Part shown: one piece after another, positions 38,190-51,218 of the stretch
Numbering within the stretch: the first letter of the stretch is position 1
Layout of the letters: every line of letters starts with the position of its first letter
Origin: Eledone cirrhosa
Lineage: Eukaryota
DNA: 64,000 bases
NCBI GenBank assembly: GCA_964016885.1
Contig: OZ024742.1
Location: 63,550,001-63,614,000, forward strand
Direction of reading: 5' to 3'
Notes under the pieces: generated by a model
Databases searched by the model: none
Seen by the model: only the letters and a program-made list of their open reading frames with translations
What the model was told of the DNA's origin: nothing
Translations under genes and position numbers: made by a program

Positions 38190-40520
38190 GTGAAGCACAA
38201 ATGTGACTCTTTAAACCAGCCAAATACTTGCACCCTCTGGCACATACATGGCAACTTTAGGCTCCCCCGAAACCTTCCATTGCTTTGTTCTGGCTGTATG
38301 TTCACATGTATCTTTTAAGACCTCCCATGCTTGTACATTTCTTACATCTTTCAGATCATAATCTACATGAGGTCTACTGATATGACTTTGTTCATGTCTA
38401 ATCAAACCAGCTTTGCTCAGGCTGACTCGACCAAAGTGCTGGCAAACCAGATGATGTTCAACAGCAGGGAGTTCAGAACAGTCTCAATCCTCACCTTCCT
38501 TTTCAGTGTTAGGTGTTCTCTCCGACGAGTTTCAAAGTGTTCACCACCTGACTTGATCAAACGTCTCCACTTCACACGCTCATCAGCCATTTTCTCCCAT
38601 TCGTCAGATGAAATTCCAGCACAAGCCAAGGTGCCCCTGATACAGTCCCGGTACCGCCTTTTTGGTTTATGTGGTGGTCGCCTTCCTTCACATAGTTCTC
38701 CATAGAGAAGTTGCTTTGGAAAACGATCATCAGACATCCGGACCACGTGACTACACCACCTCAACCGATACCGAAAGATTATGCTCTCTATAGTCACGCA
38801 CCTGCTCCGTTCTAGAACTTCCAAATCACTGGCGAACATTTTCCACCACACCCCAAGTAACTTATGAAGAGATTATTGGTGAAATCTCTCCAGATCCTTG
38901 AGGTGCTTTCTGTATATGACCCACGTTTCACAAACATAAAGTAAAGAGGAGACGACACAAGTCAGATACACTTTCACCTTGGTTTCGATAGTGATACCTC
39001 GTCTGGACCATAAACGTTGATGCAGCTGTCCAAAAGCATCACTGGCTTTCTTGATTCTTAAGAATATTTCATTATCATGTGTGCATGAAGTGTTCAACGT
39101 ACTACCAAGGTAAACAAACTTGTCAGCAACTTTTAGCCTCTTTCCGTACACGTACACACTTGGTGCAGTGTACTCGTTTCCAGGTACTGGTTGATACATC
39201 ACAACAGTCTTTTCCAAGCTTATTGTGATGCCCAAAGTGCTGCAAGATGCAGAAAGAGAGTTCATAATATGCTGGATGTCACTTTGTGAGTGTGCAAAAT
39301 GATCGCAGTCGTCTGCATACAAAAACTCTCGGATTATAGATGTTAATACCTTTGTGCTTGTACCAAAGCGCCTAAATATAAGAAAAACAGAGTTGGAGCC
39401 GGAATGTCCCCCTGCTTCACTCCATTTTCAACTGATATTGGTTCAGAGATGCTACCACCAATACTGACCAAAGCCTTCATGTCATCATGGAAAATATGCA
39501 GAATCTTCTACCCTACCTTGGATTTTTTTCCCACAACGCAGTTTGATTGACAGTGTTAAAGGTCTTTGTCAAGTCAACAAAGACCTGGTAAAGGTCCATA
39601 CATTGTTCGATACACTTTTCTTGAAGCTGCCGAGCAGAAACGATCGTATCCACTGTTCCTCTTTTGTTTCTGAACCCACACTGCGACTCAGGCAACACAT
39701 TCAGAGCAGCTCTTGGGATCAATCTATCCATCAATATTCGACACGACTTTACCAACTACTGAAAGAAGGGATATGACATGATAATTGCCACATTTGTCCT
39801 TTCCTTTATAGAGAATCACCATGAGCGCATCTTTCTTGTGGGACATTCTCATCTTCCCACACCATTTTCATGAGGTCAGTCAGGCACTGCGTGAAGTTTT
39901 CACCACCACACTTCAAAACCGCTCCACTCAAACCATCCATACCAGGAGACTTACCACAGTTCAGCTTATGCACAACAGAAGTCCCCTCTGCAAGAGAAGA
40001 TACATTAGCCATCTCATATGCTTCACTGGTTCAATAATAATGGAACGAATGAAATCATCATCAACCTGGGATGGCTGGTTTAAGAGTTCATCAAAATGAT
40101 CTCTCTATCTGTCGAGTGTCATTTGGGTCGCGCAGTAATTGCTTGCCATCTTTCGATCTCAAAGGGGCCACTGGAGAGCTGAAAGGGCCATACACCTCTG
40201 TGAGTAGAAAGTGCGGCAGTTTCACATTGTTGCCGTCAGATGCCACTTGAACTTCATCTGCTTTGTTGTTCCACAGGTATTTTGCAAAGCCCTGAGTTTC
40301 ACCTGCACTTCCTTCTTTACCTGTCTGTAACACTCATAATTGTCACCAACAGAGCTACCACCTTTAAGAACTGCATCAAGTGCCTTTTGTTTTCTGTCTA
40401 GCAGAGCCTTGACCTCCTGGTCATTCTCATCAAACCAGTCCTTGTTTTCTTGTGACAAAGCCAAGGACCTCTGCTGAAGCCTCATAGACCAAGCTCCTGA
40501 AGTCCTTCAAGTTGTTCTCA
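38190..40520 (-). mobile_element. degenerate RTE (BovB-like) LINE
   Basis: DWFDEND, LPESQCGFR, RQLQEKC, FVDLTK, YADD, FVYLGS, RLRWCSHV..QLLYGEL with frameshifts. Confidence 0.92.
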
Positions 40521-41214
40521 TACACGCATACATACTTACATATATACATGTATACATACATGCATACATCCATACATACATGTATACACATACATCCATA
40601 CGTGTATACATACATACATACATACATACATACATACAATGGTTAAAGTGTTTGACTGACGACCATAAGTTCATGGGTTCATATTTGGGACCGAGTAGTA
40701 TTGAATCAACCTGATATCAATGTTTATTATACAGCACACTTCCTCTTTGGTATAATATGACACATAGTAATATCTAACATAGTACCCATCTAATCTGTTA
40801 TAATATGATTTACCTTTCCTCTGTGAAGGCACATGCCTTAGGGGTTGCGGTACTGGACTAACCATTATAAAGTCATGGGCTCGTTTCTTCGATCCTGCAG
40901 CATGTTGCGTCCTTCAGTAAAATACTTTAGTTTGTGTAGCATCTTCTACCAGGACTTGCGGCAGACAGATAATATCAGTAATGGAAAAAACCTTGTTTCA
41001 TTAGTATGGCCTGGAAATCAGTTCCACTCTATTTATCTCTTTATTAAAGGCAATCAAATTATTTTTTATTTTATTCTTTTTCTTATTTTTCCATGTTTGT
41101 TAAATAAATTCCAAAAAATCGAACTAAATTGAAATTTTGTAATAAAATTTCCATAAAAGTTAATGTTTAAAATACAATAAAATGTAATAAAATGTATTGA
41201 AGTCGACGAAATGT

Positions 41215-41497
41215 GGACCTTCATTTTTGAAAGATGGATAATGCTATAAGCAGACCTTGCAATATTGTACCACAATTTTCCCTTGTGCAAAAGTGGGCAG
41301 CCGAATTTAGGAAAGGATAGGGGATTCTTGAAGATGACCCAATGTCTGGACGTCCTACAACTGCCACTACCGAGGAAAATATTGATCTCAGTACTGCAAC
41401 ACCGATGGAAGAAGTGTGTGGAACGCAAGGGAGACTTTGTTGAAAAATAAACCTCATTTGGTCACATTCCATGAGAGTATCTTTGTCAACCCTCGTA
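41215..41497 (+). mobile_element. internally deleted mariner transposon remnant
   Basis: EDDPMSGRPTTATTEENID joined to LQHRWKKCVERKGDFVEK*; terminal cctcgTA. Confidence 0.8.
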
Positions 41498-41529
41498 TCT
41501 ATGTGCAATATACGTAAAGATACCCAATT

Positions 41530-42251
41530 TGCGGGCACTACAACACTATTAGCTGTCATATTTGTTGGTGAAAAAAATTTGATTATAAAACTTAAATTTA
41601 TGAATGACTTGTTTTCTAATTAACTTAAATTTGTTTTCTAATATTTTCATTTAAGTAACTCTACTTACATCGATATGCTTTATAACCATGACTTGTTTTC
41701 TATTTGTTTTCTAATTTGGCCTTTTTAAGTCTTACCTCTCTCTCTCTCTCTTCCCTATCTCTCTCAAAAAAACGCGTGAAAACTTACGCGTGGTAGTAAT
41801 ACGGAAATAAACGATGTTGACGTGTGACGTCACCTTCGCCTGTTTTCCACTGGACTGACAGCTAATAGCGTTGTAGTGCCAAAAATTCTATTGAAGCATT
41901 ATTATTGTTGGAAAAAAAAATGCATAATTTCTGATGGCTTTGGATTTAAGATTCGTTAAAAACACGTAAAAAAATCAATTTCCCATCAAACGTGAGACGG
42001 ATGTAAATCTATAAATTTACCGTCGAAAATTGCCCTTTACTTTATCGCCCTCGTAAGGTTGAAAGCAAAGTTGACCGCGACGAGATTTGAACTCAGAACG
42101 GGATTAAAATGCTAACGGATTCCCGCCAGAATAGTGTAACAAAAGAGAATATACAAAGGGAGATAAGTCAGAATTTCCGCGCCACAAAACGAAAAAGACT
42201 GCAAAAAATCTTTCCAACATTTTCACAACTCGGAAGTATCTTGGATTGATT
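41530..42251. promoter_or_regulatory. putative bidirectional promoter upstream of RPA3
   Basis: CpG-enriched; CRE TGACGTCA at 41825; E2F-like TTCCCGCC (42120) and TTTCCGCGCC (42174); minus-strand donor GTAAGT at 41782-41787. Confidence 0.55.
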
Positions 42252-42608
42252 ATGTCTTCCTTAAAACATGCTACTTCTCGTATCTCTGGCAAAATGATGG
42301 AGAAATACCAAGGCCGGAAAGTCTGTTTACTTGGTATTGCTGAGGGAGTTGACAACAGTGGCTTATCTTTTCAACTGAAGACCTGCGACAATGTAAACGT
42401 GAAAGTCCATTTAGCTGAACCATTGAACGAATATGTTGGTGGATTAACGGAGGTGATCGGCGAAGTAAGTTCGAACACCAGCATTAACTGTCACGACTAT
42501 GTGCTCTTCACTAAGGAACAGACTGATTCTTTTGATATGGATATGTATAATACTGCAGTGGACATGATAATCAAATATTCTGATTATTATAAAGTTGGTG
42601 TGAACTGA
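42252..42608 (+). CDS. RPA3: replication protein A 14 kDa subunit, single coding exon
   Basis: 118 aa OB-fold pattern RISGKMMEKYQGRKVCLLG..LKTCD..V.V.L..P..EVIGEV..FDMDMYN.AV; intact ATG to TGA. Confidence 0.9.
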   Translation: MSSLKHATSRISGKMMEKYQGRKVCLLGIAEGVDNSGLSFQLKTCDNVNVKVHLAEPLNEYVGGLTEVIGEVSSNTSINCHDYVLFTKEQTDSFDMDMYNTAVDMIIKYSDYYKVGVN

Positions 42609-44514
42609 GTTACTCAAAGAATTCATGGTATTTACTTATTGGAGAATTATTATTATTATATAACAAATTGTTATCTGCTAGTGTCTATATTAGAAAACAT
42701 TGACGCGGGGCGGTATATTGGCGTTATAGAGCCGGACAAAATGCTTTGAGGCATTTGTTCCGGCTCTTTGCGTTCTGTGTTTACATCCCGCCGAGGAGAA
42801 TTCATTTTATTATTTCATTAATGACTGATTTTAATCGTTGCTATGCAATGAAAGCTATAAAAAAAAAATCACAAACTTTTATCAAAATTCCTTTTGTTTT
42901 TTTTTATTTTTATTATTTGTTGAATATTCGGCAAAATCCTTTATATTGATGTGAAAGCTAAATGACATGAGTCTGACCCGTAAATGTCGCAAGAGAGTGT
43001 GATTTTGCCAAATATTCTGTTGATATGCATTGTTTTGGAAATTATGCACAGTAAAACATATCTCGAAAGATAATTTGAATACTTATACATATCAATGTGT
43101 AAATATATTGGATATTATTAATTATAGATACAAAGAATATCTCGTCTGATTCACCCTATTCATTTGGCATGGTCCGCTTACGGTCGTGTTTTTCTCTCGG
43201 CATTGTGCTCATTGTGAATTATATATACGAGGCAACGAAGGAATTCTAACTATACCCCTCCCCCCGTTTCCTTAACTAAACTTGTAACGTATATTGTTTA
43301 AGTGAATTGGGTGAGATTTATTGTGAAGAATACCCAATATATTAAATATTTATTTTGATACCTCGTTTCTAATCGCATCTCTACCTTCTGAACAAACAAT
43401 TCATTGAGGCCTCAATCTCTAATATACCTCTGTAGAAAGTGTAATGTTTATATATATTTAAACAATGTAATTGTTGAATTTGATAAATTTCCACAACCCT
43501 GCTTTACGTTCACATTTACCATAATGTTGATATACAGGTTAGCCCTGACCTAGCAAACCTAGCAAACCTACAATCAGTAATGTTCCAGCTATGTATATTC
43601 ACGACTACATTATATAATTTTCTACTTTTGGCACAGGGCCAGCAAATCACCCATACATTACTGGTACTTTATTTTATAGATCCCGTAAGGATGAAAGGCA
43701 AATTTAACCTCGGCGGGATTTGAACTCAGACCATAAAGGTGTCTATAATAGTGTGTGGTTTGATGAGAATTTGGCTGCTGTTTCTAGTAGGTTAGGTGAT
43801 TAGATAGAGCAGTTCCAAATGTTTTTTTTTAAATTTATTTTTTACTCTGCGCACTTTATATATATATAAACGTAGCGGTAAATATACTCGGTAGATTTAT
43901 ATATCTACACACGCACACATTAGAAAAGAGTCAGGACAGGACCCCGACGGCTAAGCTCCGACCGTTTCGACAGCTAGATTCGGTATATGTGTGTGTGTGT
44001 GTGTATATATATATATAATTATATATATATATGTGTGTGGCTGATGAGTTAGAGAACTGGATTCGCAATCGTGAGGTTGTGAGTTCGATTCCTGGACCGG
44101 GCGATCGTTATGTCCTTGAGCAAGACATTTTATTCCACGTTGCTCCTTCTACCTGGAGTTACGACCGATAGATAGTACTAGCAATTGGAAAGACCAACGG
44201 AAACATTGTTCCCTCGGTCCGATTTGACGAAAGTCGATCGACAAAAATTATGTCGGCAGATATTTGACTAGTAATTCCAACAGGTTCTGTTGAGCGGCCT
44301 TCAGTTTAAGAAATATAAATTTTCGTTTAAGGGACGTAACTTTTGATAAACTTAATATTTGCTTCCGTCAACCAAACAACAGGTTTGAAGAAATAATAGC
44401 CAAATGACTTCATCATCATCATTTCATTTTACGTCCGCTTTTTCCCTGCTTGCAAGGGTGGGACGGGAACCGATTCTGGCTTGATTTCTACAGCTGGGTG
44501 CTTTTTTGCCGTGT

Positions 44515-45025
44515 TTCTACATTTGGCACAAGGCCAGCAATTATTCCAGTGCATTACTGGTACTTTATTTTATCGACCCCGTAAGGATGAAAGGCAAAGT
44601 TAACCTCAGCGGGATTTGAACTCAGAATGGAAAGGGCCGCAACTCTATGCGTCAAAGCATGGCGTCCGACCCTCTACCGATATTGCCAATCCACCACCCT
44701 ATAATAATAAGTAGGAACGAGGTATCAGAGTATCATCTTTAAGTTTATTCAGGCATGGCGTAGGTTTTGTCATGTGTATCAATCGGGCCCAAATAGCTCA
44801 TCAGACTTCTAGTTTCCTAATGACGGGGTATATTTGTACACGTCACACCTCAGTATCGGTAGAGGGTCGGACGCCATGCTTTGACGCAAAGAGTTACGGA
44901 CCTTTCCATTCTGAGTTCAAATCCCGCCGAGGTTAACTTTGCCTTTCATCCTTACGGGGTCGATAAAATAAAGTACCAGAAATGCACTGGGTAATTGCTG
45001 GCCTTGTGCCAAAAGTAGAAACAAT
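44515..45025. mobile_element. inverted pair of family B SINEs
   Basis: 44515-44700 (-) and 44852-45025 (+) are near reverse complements. Confidence 0.8.
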
Positions 45026-47380
45026 TATTATTATTAACACTCTACTTATGAAGGAAACCAACCATAGTATAACATCATATGTACAACAACATTTACTTAG
45101 ACAAACCCAGCTGTGCATTAAGTGCTTAAGTTGGTGAACCAATAGTAACATAAAGTTACAATCCATTAACTATAGATATGTGTGTGTGTGTGAGAGTATC
45201 TGGTTTAGAATAGGTACACAGTATCCTCATGTCATAAGAAGCAAGTATCAGGAAGGGCATTTGACTGTGAAATATCACCTCCAAATAACCCATCCAACCC
45301 ATGCCACCATAGAAACATTGACGTGAGAACAATGATGATGATACCACCATCATCATCACCATTATAATTAAACATCCACTTTCTCTTCTAGACAAACAGG
45401 TACCCCTCTGATTCTACATTTTATCAGTATAGCAAGTTATGTAACTAAATTAAAGACAGGCCTTTGTTTGTTCATTGCAATGTGAAAAGGTACACGATAT
45501 CTCAGTATGTCATCAGAATGAACTAAAATGGTTGGTGTCAAGATGGCCTTTGACAATAAAACATTGCCTAAAAAGGACACCATGATGAATATGATTAACC
45601 CTTTATTTTTGTGAGATTTACTAAAATTATTATTACAAAGACAGTAAGTTAACATTATTCTGATGTAAATCTAGTAGACCAGTGCTGTTAATAATAATAG
45701 TAATAGTATTGAATGTATTTAGGTTTTTGAGTCTAGGATTGGTATGCTATGCATACAAAGAATACTGGATATGTGAACAACCATACAAACTGGGAAATTT
45801 GATTCAATAAATTTGTTTGCATTAAAAAAACTTATAGTTTATATTGATTACTGACACAGTGATTATAGAAAAAATTATATTTTAATCATTTATTTCTAGT
45901 ATATTAATTACATAAACATTTAACATGTATGTACAAATGACATACAGGATTAAACATATGGGTATCTTTTGAGGAATAACTATTTACATAGAAAAATGTG
46001 TGTATGTTTATGTGTAGATATTAAAGAGTTACAAATGGAGATATAAATAAATATACAAACACACAATAGATATTATGGTTGATTATGTTGAAAGATTTTA
46101 ATTTAAATAGTAACCCTTTAAAATGGGTGATTTTGTTTCCTATAAGTGGAGCTGATTTTAACTGGGTTGGTATAAAAAGAGTTAAAACTCAATCTAATAT
46201 GATATGCTAACTTCATATCTGCTGGAAATACTACCATGTCTTTCTCAGAGGGTCATCACAGTCCATTTGTTTCAGCACTTCTACTTTTGTGTTATGCTTT
46301 ACAGCAGCACTGACACATGCACTGTGATCAAAAGTCATACCTAAGGTTAAATGTAAACACAACATAGATGTAGGATTTCCTCCAATTAGTAGAGCTACAG
46401 CAGCTACTAATAGGGTAATTCTGATAATCACAACTGACATATAGCACCACCTGTGGTCACTTAATGAAATAGTCTTATAGGCCATGAACATTTTTATTCA
46501 ACATTATTGTATGTGAATTGGCAGTATCGGTAGAGGGTTGGACGCCATGTTTTCTAGCATAGTTACGTCCCTTTACAGTCTGAAGTTAACTTTGCCTTTC
46601 ATTCTTACGGGGTCGATAAAATAGAGTACCAGTAATGTACTGAATAATTGCTGGCCTTGTGCCTAAAGTAGAAACCATTATTGTATATCCATTCTCTGTG
46701 TTGCCATAGGTTGGATGGGGGATTATGGATCAGGTCAGTACTTAATCTAAAGTGGTCGGGGTTCATATCTTGCACAATACATTCAATTTTTGGCATAGTT
46801 CCTACAACTGGATGCTCTTTTTAATGCCAACTACTTTACAGAGTGTATTGAGTGCATATTATTGAAGAGCATATATGTCCACTTATAATTGCATCCACAT
46901 TTAAAGAGATGTGACTTAAAAGATCATCAGTGGTGTAACTGTGTATGTTTATATATTTTTATCATCACCATCATCACCATTTAACACTTATTTTCCATGT
47001 TTGCATGGCTTAGACATGCTGTCATATACTGTGACTGACTGGTCATGTTTTGCTGATATGCTCCATTTTTAGCTTGGTTTCTATGGTTGGGTGCCCTTCC
47101 TGATGCCAGTTACCTTACAGTGTGCACTGTGAGCATCTTATTGTGAAATGGGTGTTTTGGGTTGTAGTACCAGTACTTACAAGGTGGAGTAGGGCATCAG
47201 CCCTTCCAACTTACAGGATAAACAGAGTGCTTTTTGTCATAGCACCAGCACTACCACCTTAGAGGTTGTAATCTATAACTGTTTTGATAGACTGCAGTAC
47301 TGAGCACTTCTTCTTCCATGTGAGGAAAAACATGCAATAGATTGACATATTATACAGCAGAACAAATATGTCACAATAGT

Positions 47381-47975
47381 TTATCTATCTATCTCGGGTG
47401 GGTAAAATTCCCGAGATCCATGGACAAGTTCTCTCCAGCGGTCTCTATCCCTCATCGCTGCCATGTCCTGCGTCTCCCACAGACCAGTGTCTGTCCTTAG
47501 GGCATCAACATACGTTAACCTTGGTCTTTCTCTTCCAGTGTGTCCATGCAGGGGCTCCCACAAGAGCACTGAGTGTAGTGTCAACTCTGGATGTCGGTGA
47601 GCATGTCCAGCTAACTTCAGTCTCCTCTGTGTCACTTTTGAGCTGACTTTTGGGAGGCTCCCATACAGCTCTGAGTTTTTCATCCTCAGTGTATACTGAT
47701 TAATGTTCAGAGCCATCCTCAGCATTCTCGTGTAGCACCCATCCACCATCTGAGTGAGTTTCTTGGTCAGTGTTCAAGTCCCAGACCCGTACAGCAGCAC
47801 AGACTCCACTAAAGCAATGAAGAAGCGGATCTTCAGGTCTTCACGAAGGTCCGACTTCCACACCAATCTCAAGCTGTGGCACACCACCCAGGCTTTGCTC
47901 TTCCTCTCAACCACATCATCTTCTGTATTCCCAATCTTTTCTCCCAAATACAGGAAGTCCTTAACTAATTCCAGC
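47381..47975 (-). mobile_element. RTE/RTEX-like LINE 3' fragment
   Basis: DFLYLG..VESVLLYGS..DGCYTRMLRMALN..RRLKLAGH..LLWEP. Confidence 0.85.
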
Positions 47976-48512
47976 GGCAATAGTTTATTTATAACTTTAA
48001 ACATTGGTATATACTCTAACACATTGAAAAAACTTACAGCAGTGGCACTGGATGAAAAGAACATTTTAGCTATGTATTTATTAATGCTGTAGCATCAATG
48101 AAGTCAGAGTTTTTAGTTTTATATGAGTTATATATATATACACATGTATTTGTGTGCATATATATGACCCAGTATGACCATGGCCACTGGTTGTTACCAG
48201 TAAACAATATAACAAAGTACAAATAAACAAGAAAAATATAAAATATAAATATTCATTTTCAAGCTTTTAAAAAAATTGTAAATTTAAAAACTTATTTGCT
48301 TTCAACAATTTTTGGTGTGATTTTGAAAATGTCTTCATTCAGAAAAAGAAAAAAAAAACACCAAATTATAATAATAATAATTATTATTATTTTTTATTAA
48401 TGTTGGGTATTTGAGGCAGTTGACACCACTCACTTCAAAATTCTTCTTGACAGACAGAACTCTACACCTCCAAATAATTATTTTCTTTTATATATATATA
48501 TATATATATATA

Positions 48513-48744
48513 AATACATGGTATTAGTTAGATGTTCAAGAAACTAATACATTTATAGTTTTTGTTAACAAAGGCACATATTTGCCATTATCATATGTAT
48601 GTATGGCCCGTAAACACTAATCATCAGCCCTAGTTAGCTTTTGCAGATTGTACATACATATTCTGATAATGGAAAATATGTGCCTTGTTCAACAAAGACT
48701 ATGAAAGTTCCAGTTTCTTGAAAATCCAACTAATACCATGTATT
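48513..48744. mobile_element. MITE-like hairpin flanked by (TA)n
   Basis: aatacatggtattagtt..caagaaact..aaggcacatattt.ccattatca mirrored at the right end. Confidence 0.75.
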
Positions 48745-48785
<41 letters not shown>

Positions 48786-49095
48786 CATTCAAAAACTAAG
48801 TTGACATTATCCTTAAAATACTGTCCAGCACACACAACCTATTTCAGTAGCCATTGTAGGTGACTGGATTACAGGGAGAGAGAATTTTCTGATCCCTGAA
48901 CAATGACACTTAAAAGCAATAAAATGTGTACAATTGTAAGCAAAATTAAAGTTGATGTAAAAGCACAGAAAAATATTATAAATATAAATCAGTCGAAACA
49001 AGATGTTCCTTGTTTGTAAGCTTAATGAAGTTTGGCATTTCCCCATGAGGTGGAAATGAAATCTTAACTCATCCTTCTATCTGATGGTTGTCAGT

Positions 49096-49200
49096 TCATT
49101 TTCGAAGATTCTTTTTTTCACTGTCAATAGTTGCCTCCTTTGCCATATCTGGGTTTTTTCTGGGATGACTTAGTGTTTTGCTGGCATCATTCATGTATTC
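49096..49200 (-). CDS. SLC44A1: SLC44A/CTL gene, last coding exon
   Basis: cag acceptor; EYMNDASKTLSHPRKNPDMAKEATIDSEKKNLRK*; phase 0 fits the preceding exon. Confidence 0.7.
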   Translation of the reverse strand, partial: EYMNDASKTLSHPRKNPDMAKEATIDSEKKNLRK

Positions 49201-49689
49201 CTGTTATTAAAAGACCAACAGATAAGAGAAAATTTTAATTATTTAGACTAGCTGACTACCTGGGAAGTTCAACAATTAAATTAGAAACAACCACCAAAAA
49301 GAGTGTTTTAAAAGTTTATTTAAAAGAATGAAGAATAAGGCAGTATTCTGAAGTCATATATCATTTTATCAATTACATCATTGCTATTATGCACATTTTA
49401 ATGGCAACAATTATATAATTGATACAATCGTGTCAGATAGCAATTATTCATGGCTAGTATTTTCAATATTGTCACCTCAAGCCCAGCAAAGATATAAATC
49501 TTGTTACGGAATTATCACTTGTGGCATGTTCACTTCAATCATAGGTTGATTATATATCTCCTATAATTGTTTCTCATTAATTCTCCATTTCCCTTATATT
49601 AGATCATTATATTATCCATTAAGAGAATTTCAAGATAGTAAGTGTCTCCCAAATGGTGTTTGTTGTAATATATATATATATATATATAT

Positions 49690-50402
49690 ATATACATGGC
49701 AGTGAGACATGGGCATTACGTGCAGAGGACCTGCGTAGACCGGAAAGGAACGAAGCATGCATGCTCCGTTGGATGTGTAATAATAATAAACGTGAACGGC
49801 AAAGCATAAATGAACTAAGTGAGAAATTAGGAATAAGAGGGATCAGATGCTGTTTACTTGAGAGAAGACTACGTTGGTATGGTCACATGATGCGTATGAA
49901 AGACGACAGCTGCATAAAAAAGTGCAGGGCGATTAAAATTGATGGTAGTTACGGAGTAGGTAGACCCAGAAAAACATGTCTCTGGACCAAGATCTTTGGC
50001 GCTACGCAGTAATACAGAAGACCCGCATTGCCTATGTACAAAGCAGAACCTACAGTCAGTAGGCACCTCTTAACCAAATATACACCCCAATCTACTACCC
50101 CTACCCTATCCTCCCACTCCCACCAACAGCATGAGGAAATGAGATTGAGATCGTGTAGGTGTCACGACAAAAAACACAGTCCACGCTGTAATGTGGCCGT
50201 GTAGGTAACACGGTAAAAAGTTCCCAGTTCCACACTGTAAATGTGGTTGGTGTTAGGAAGGGCATCCAGCCGTAGAAAACCTGCCAGATAGTCCTATATG
50301 AGCGAGACACGATCACCCGACCACCCGACCAGCCTTGCCTCAAGTGGGACAACTCCCGTCTAACCCATGGAAAATGGATGTTAAACAAAGATGATGATGA
50401 TG
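49690..50402 (+). mobile_element. RTE LINE 3' fragment (intronic)
   Basis: HGSETWAL..RRLRWYGHM..GRPRKT, 3'UTR and (GAT)n. Confidence 0.9.
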
Positions 50403-50606
50403 ATATATATATATTTCAGAAGATAAGTTGTTTGTACACAGTTGTTACATTGTAACTTCTTGAGAATAAGCCAGTCCAAGTCATCCAAAAGCACTTCACG
50501 TCAGTAGTTTATCCCAGTTAAGAGTTGGTGAATAGGAATGACGGAGTATTCATTTATCAAATAAGAGTAGTTAAGACAGGATTATATCAACATAATTGCT
50601 TTATTG

Positions 50607-50655
50607 CATGATATATATTTCTATTATATGGTTATGCATGTGACTTCATCAGATG
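50607..50655 (-). ncRNA. degenerate minimal hammerhead ribozyme
   Basis: CAU-CUGAUGA-imperfect stem II-GAAA-UAUAUA-UC/AUG followed by AAUAAA; stem II has two C.A mismatches. Confidence 0.45.
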
Positions 50656-51122
50656 TTTACACAATCATAGGTGCAATTATATGTGGCTGGCCATGTATAA
50701 CTATCTTGTTGTAATGGCAGCAGGCATATGCTCTGGGATTTTGTAATACTATGATGACTGGAAATTTATAAATTAGATTTAACTCTGAATTGTCTTTCGT
50801 CAATCTTAGTATGGATAAAATTACATTAGAACTTTAAATATCTGACAGCCTTATACAGTTGTATCATTAACTCATAATCTACCTGAAGCTCACAGAGGAG
50901 ATGACAAAGGACCGTGACAAATGGAGAGATGCGGTGCTCAATAGGACCCGTCCCATCCTTGCAAGCAGGGAAAAGCGGAGGTAAAATGATGATGGTGATA
51001 TATATATATATATACACATATGCACACATAGATACACACAAATAGATGAAGCATATTAGATTCATGTTTTCAATCACACACTCACACACAGTTGAAGGAG
51101 AATGCAAGGTAGTATAACTCAC

Positions 51123-51218
51123 CATAAATGAGGGATTCATATGGTATGGTTTCTCTTCAGACCCATCATTCAATTCCATATCCTCACAGAAACACAGCAG
51201 AAGTGTATTAACCACCAT
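51123..51218 (-). CDS. SLC44A1: SLC44A/CTL exon
   Basis: [32 protein letters not shown] (CTL LCFCED..NDGS..KPY motif); ag/gtgag; 96 nt. Confidence 0.92.

Noticed and set aside
41536-41878. CACTA transposon (CACTACAA..TTGTAGTG)
   Set aside because: No 3 bp target-site duplication, the symmetry extends outside CACTA, and a solo copy exists at 10900
44041-44100. CTGATGAG as a hammerhead core
   Set aside because: Mutated SINE A-box; no GAAA or stems
44750-44812. minus-strand CTGATGA as a hammerhead
   Set aside because: GAAA is missing and the stems are not convincing
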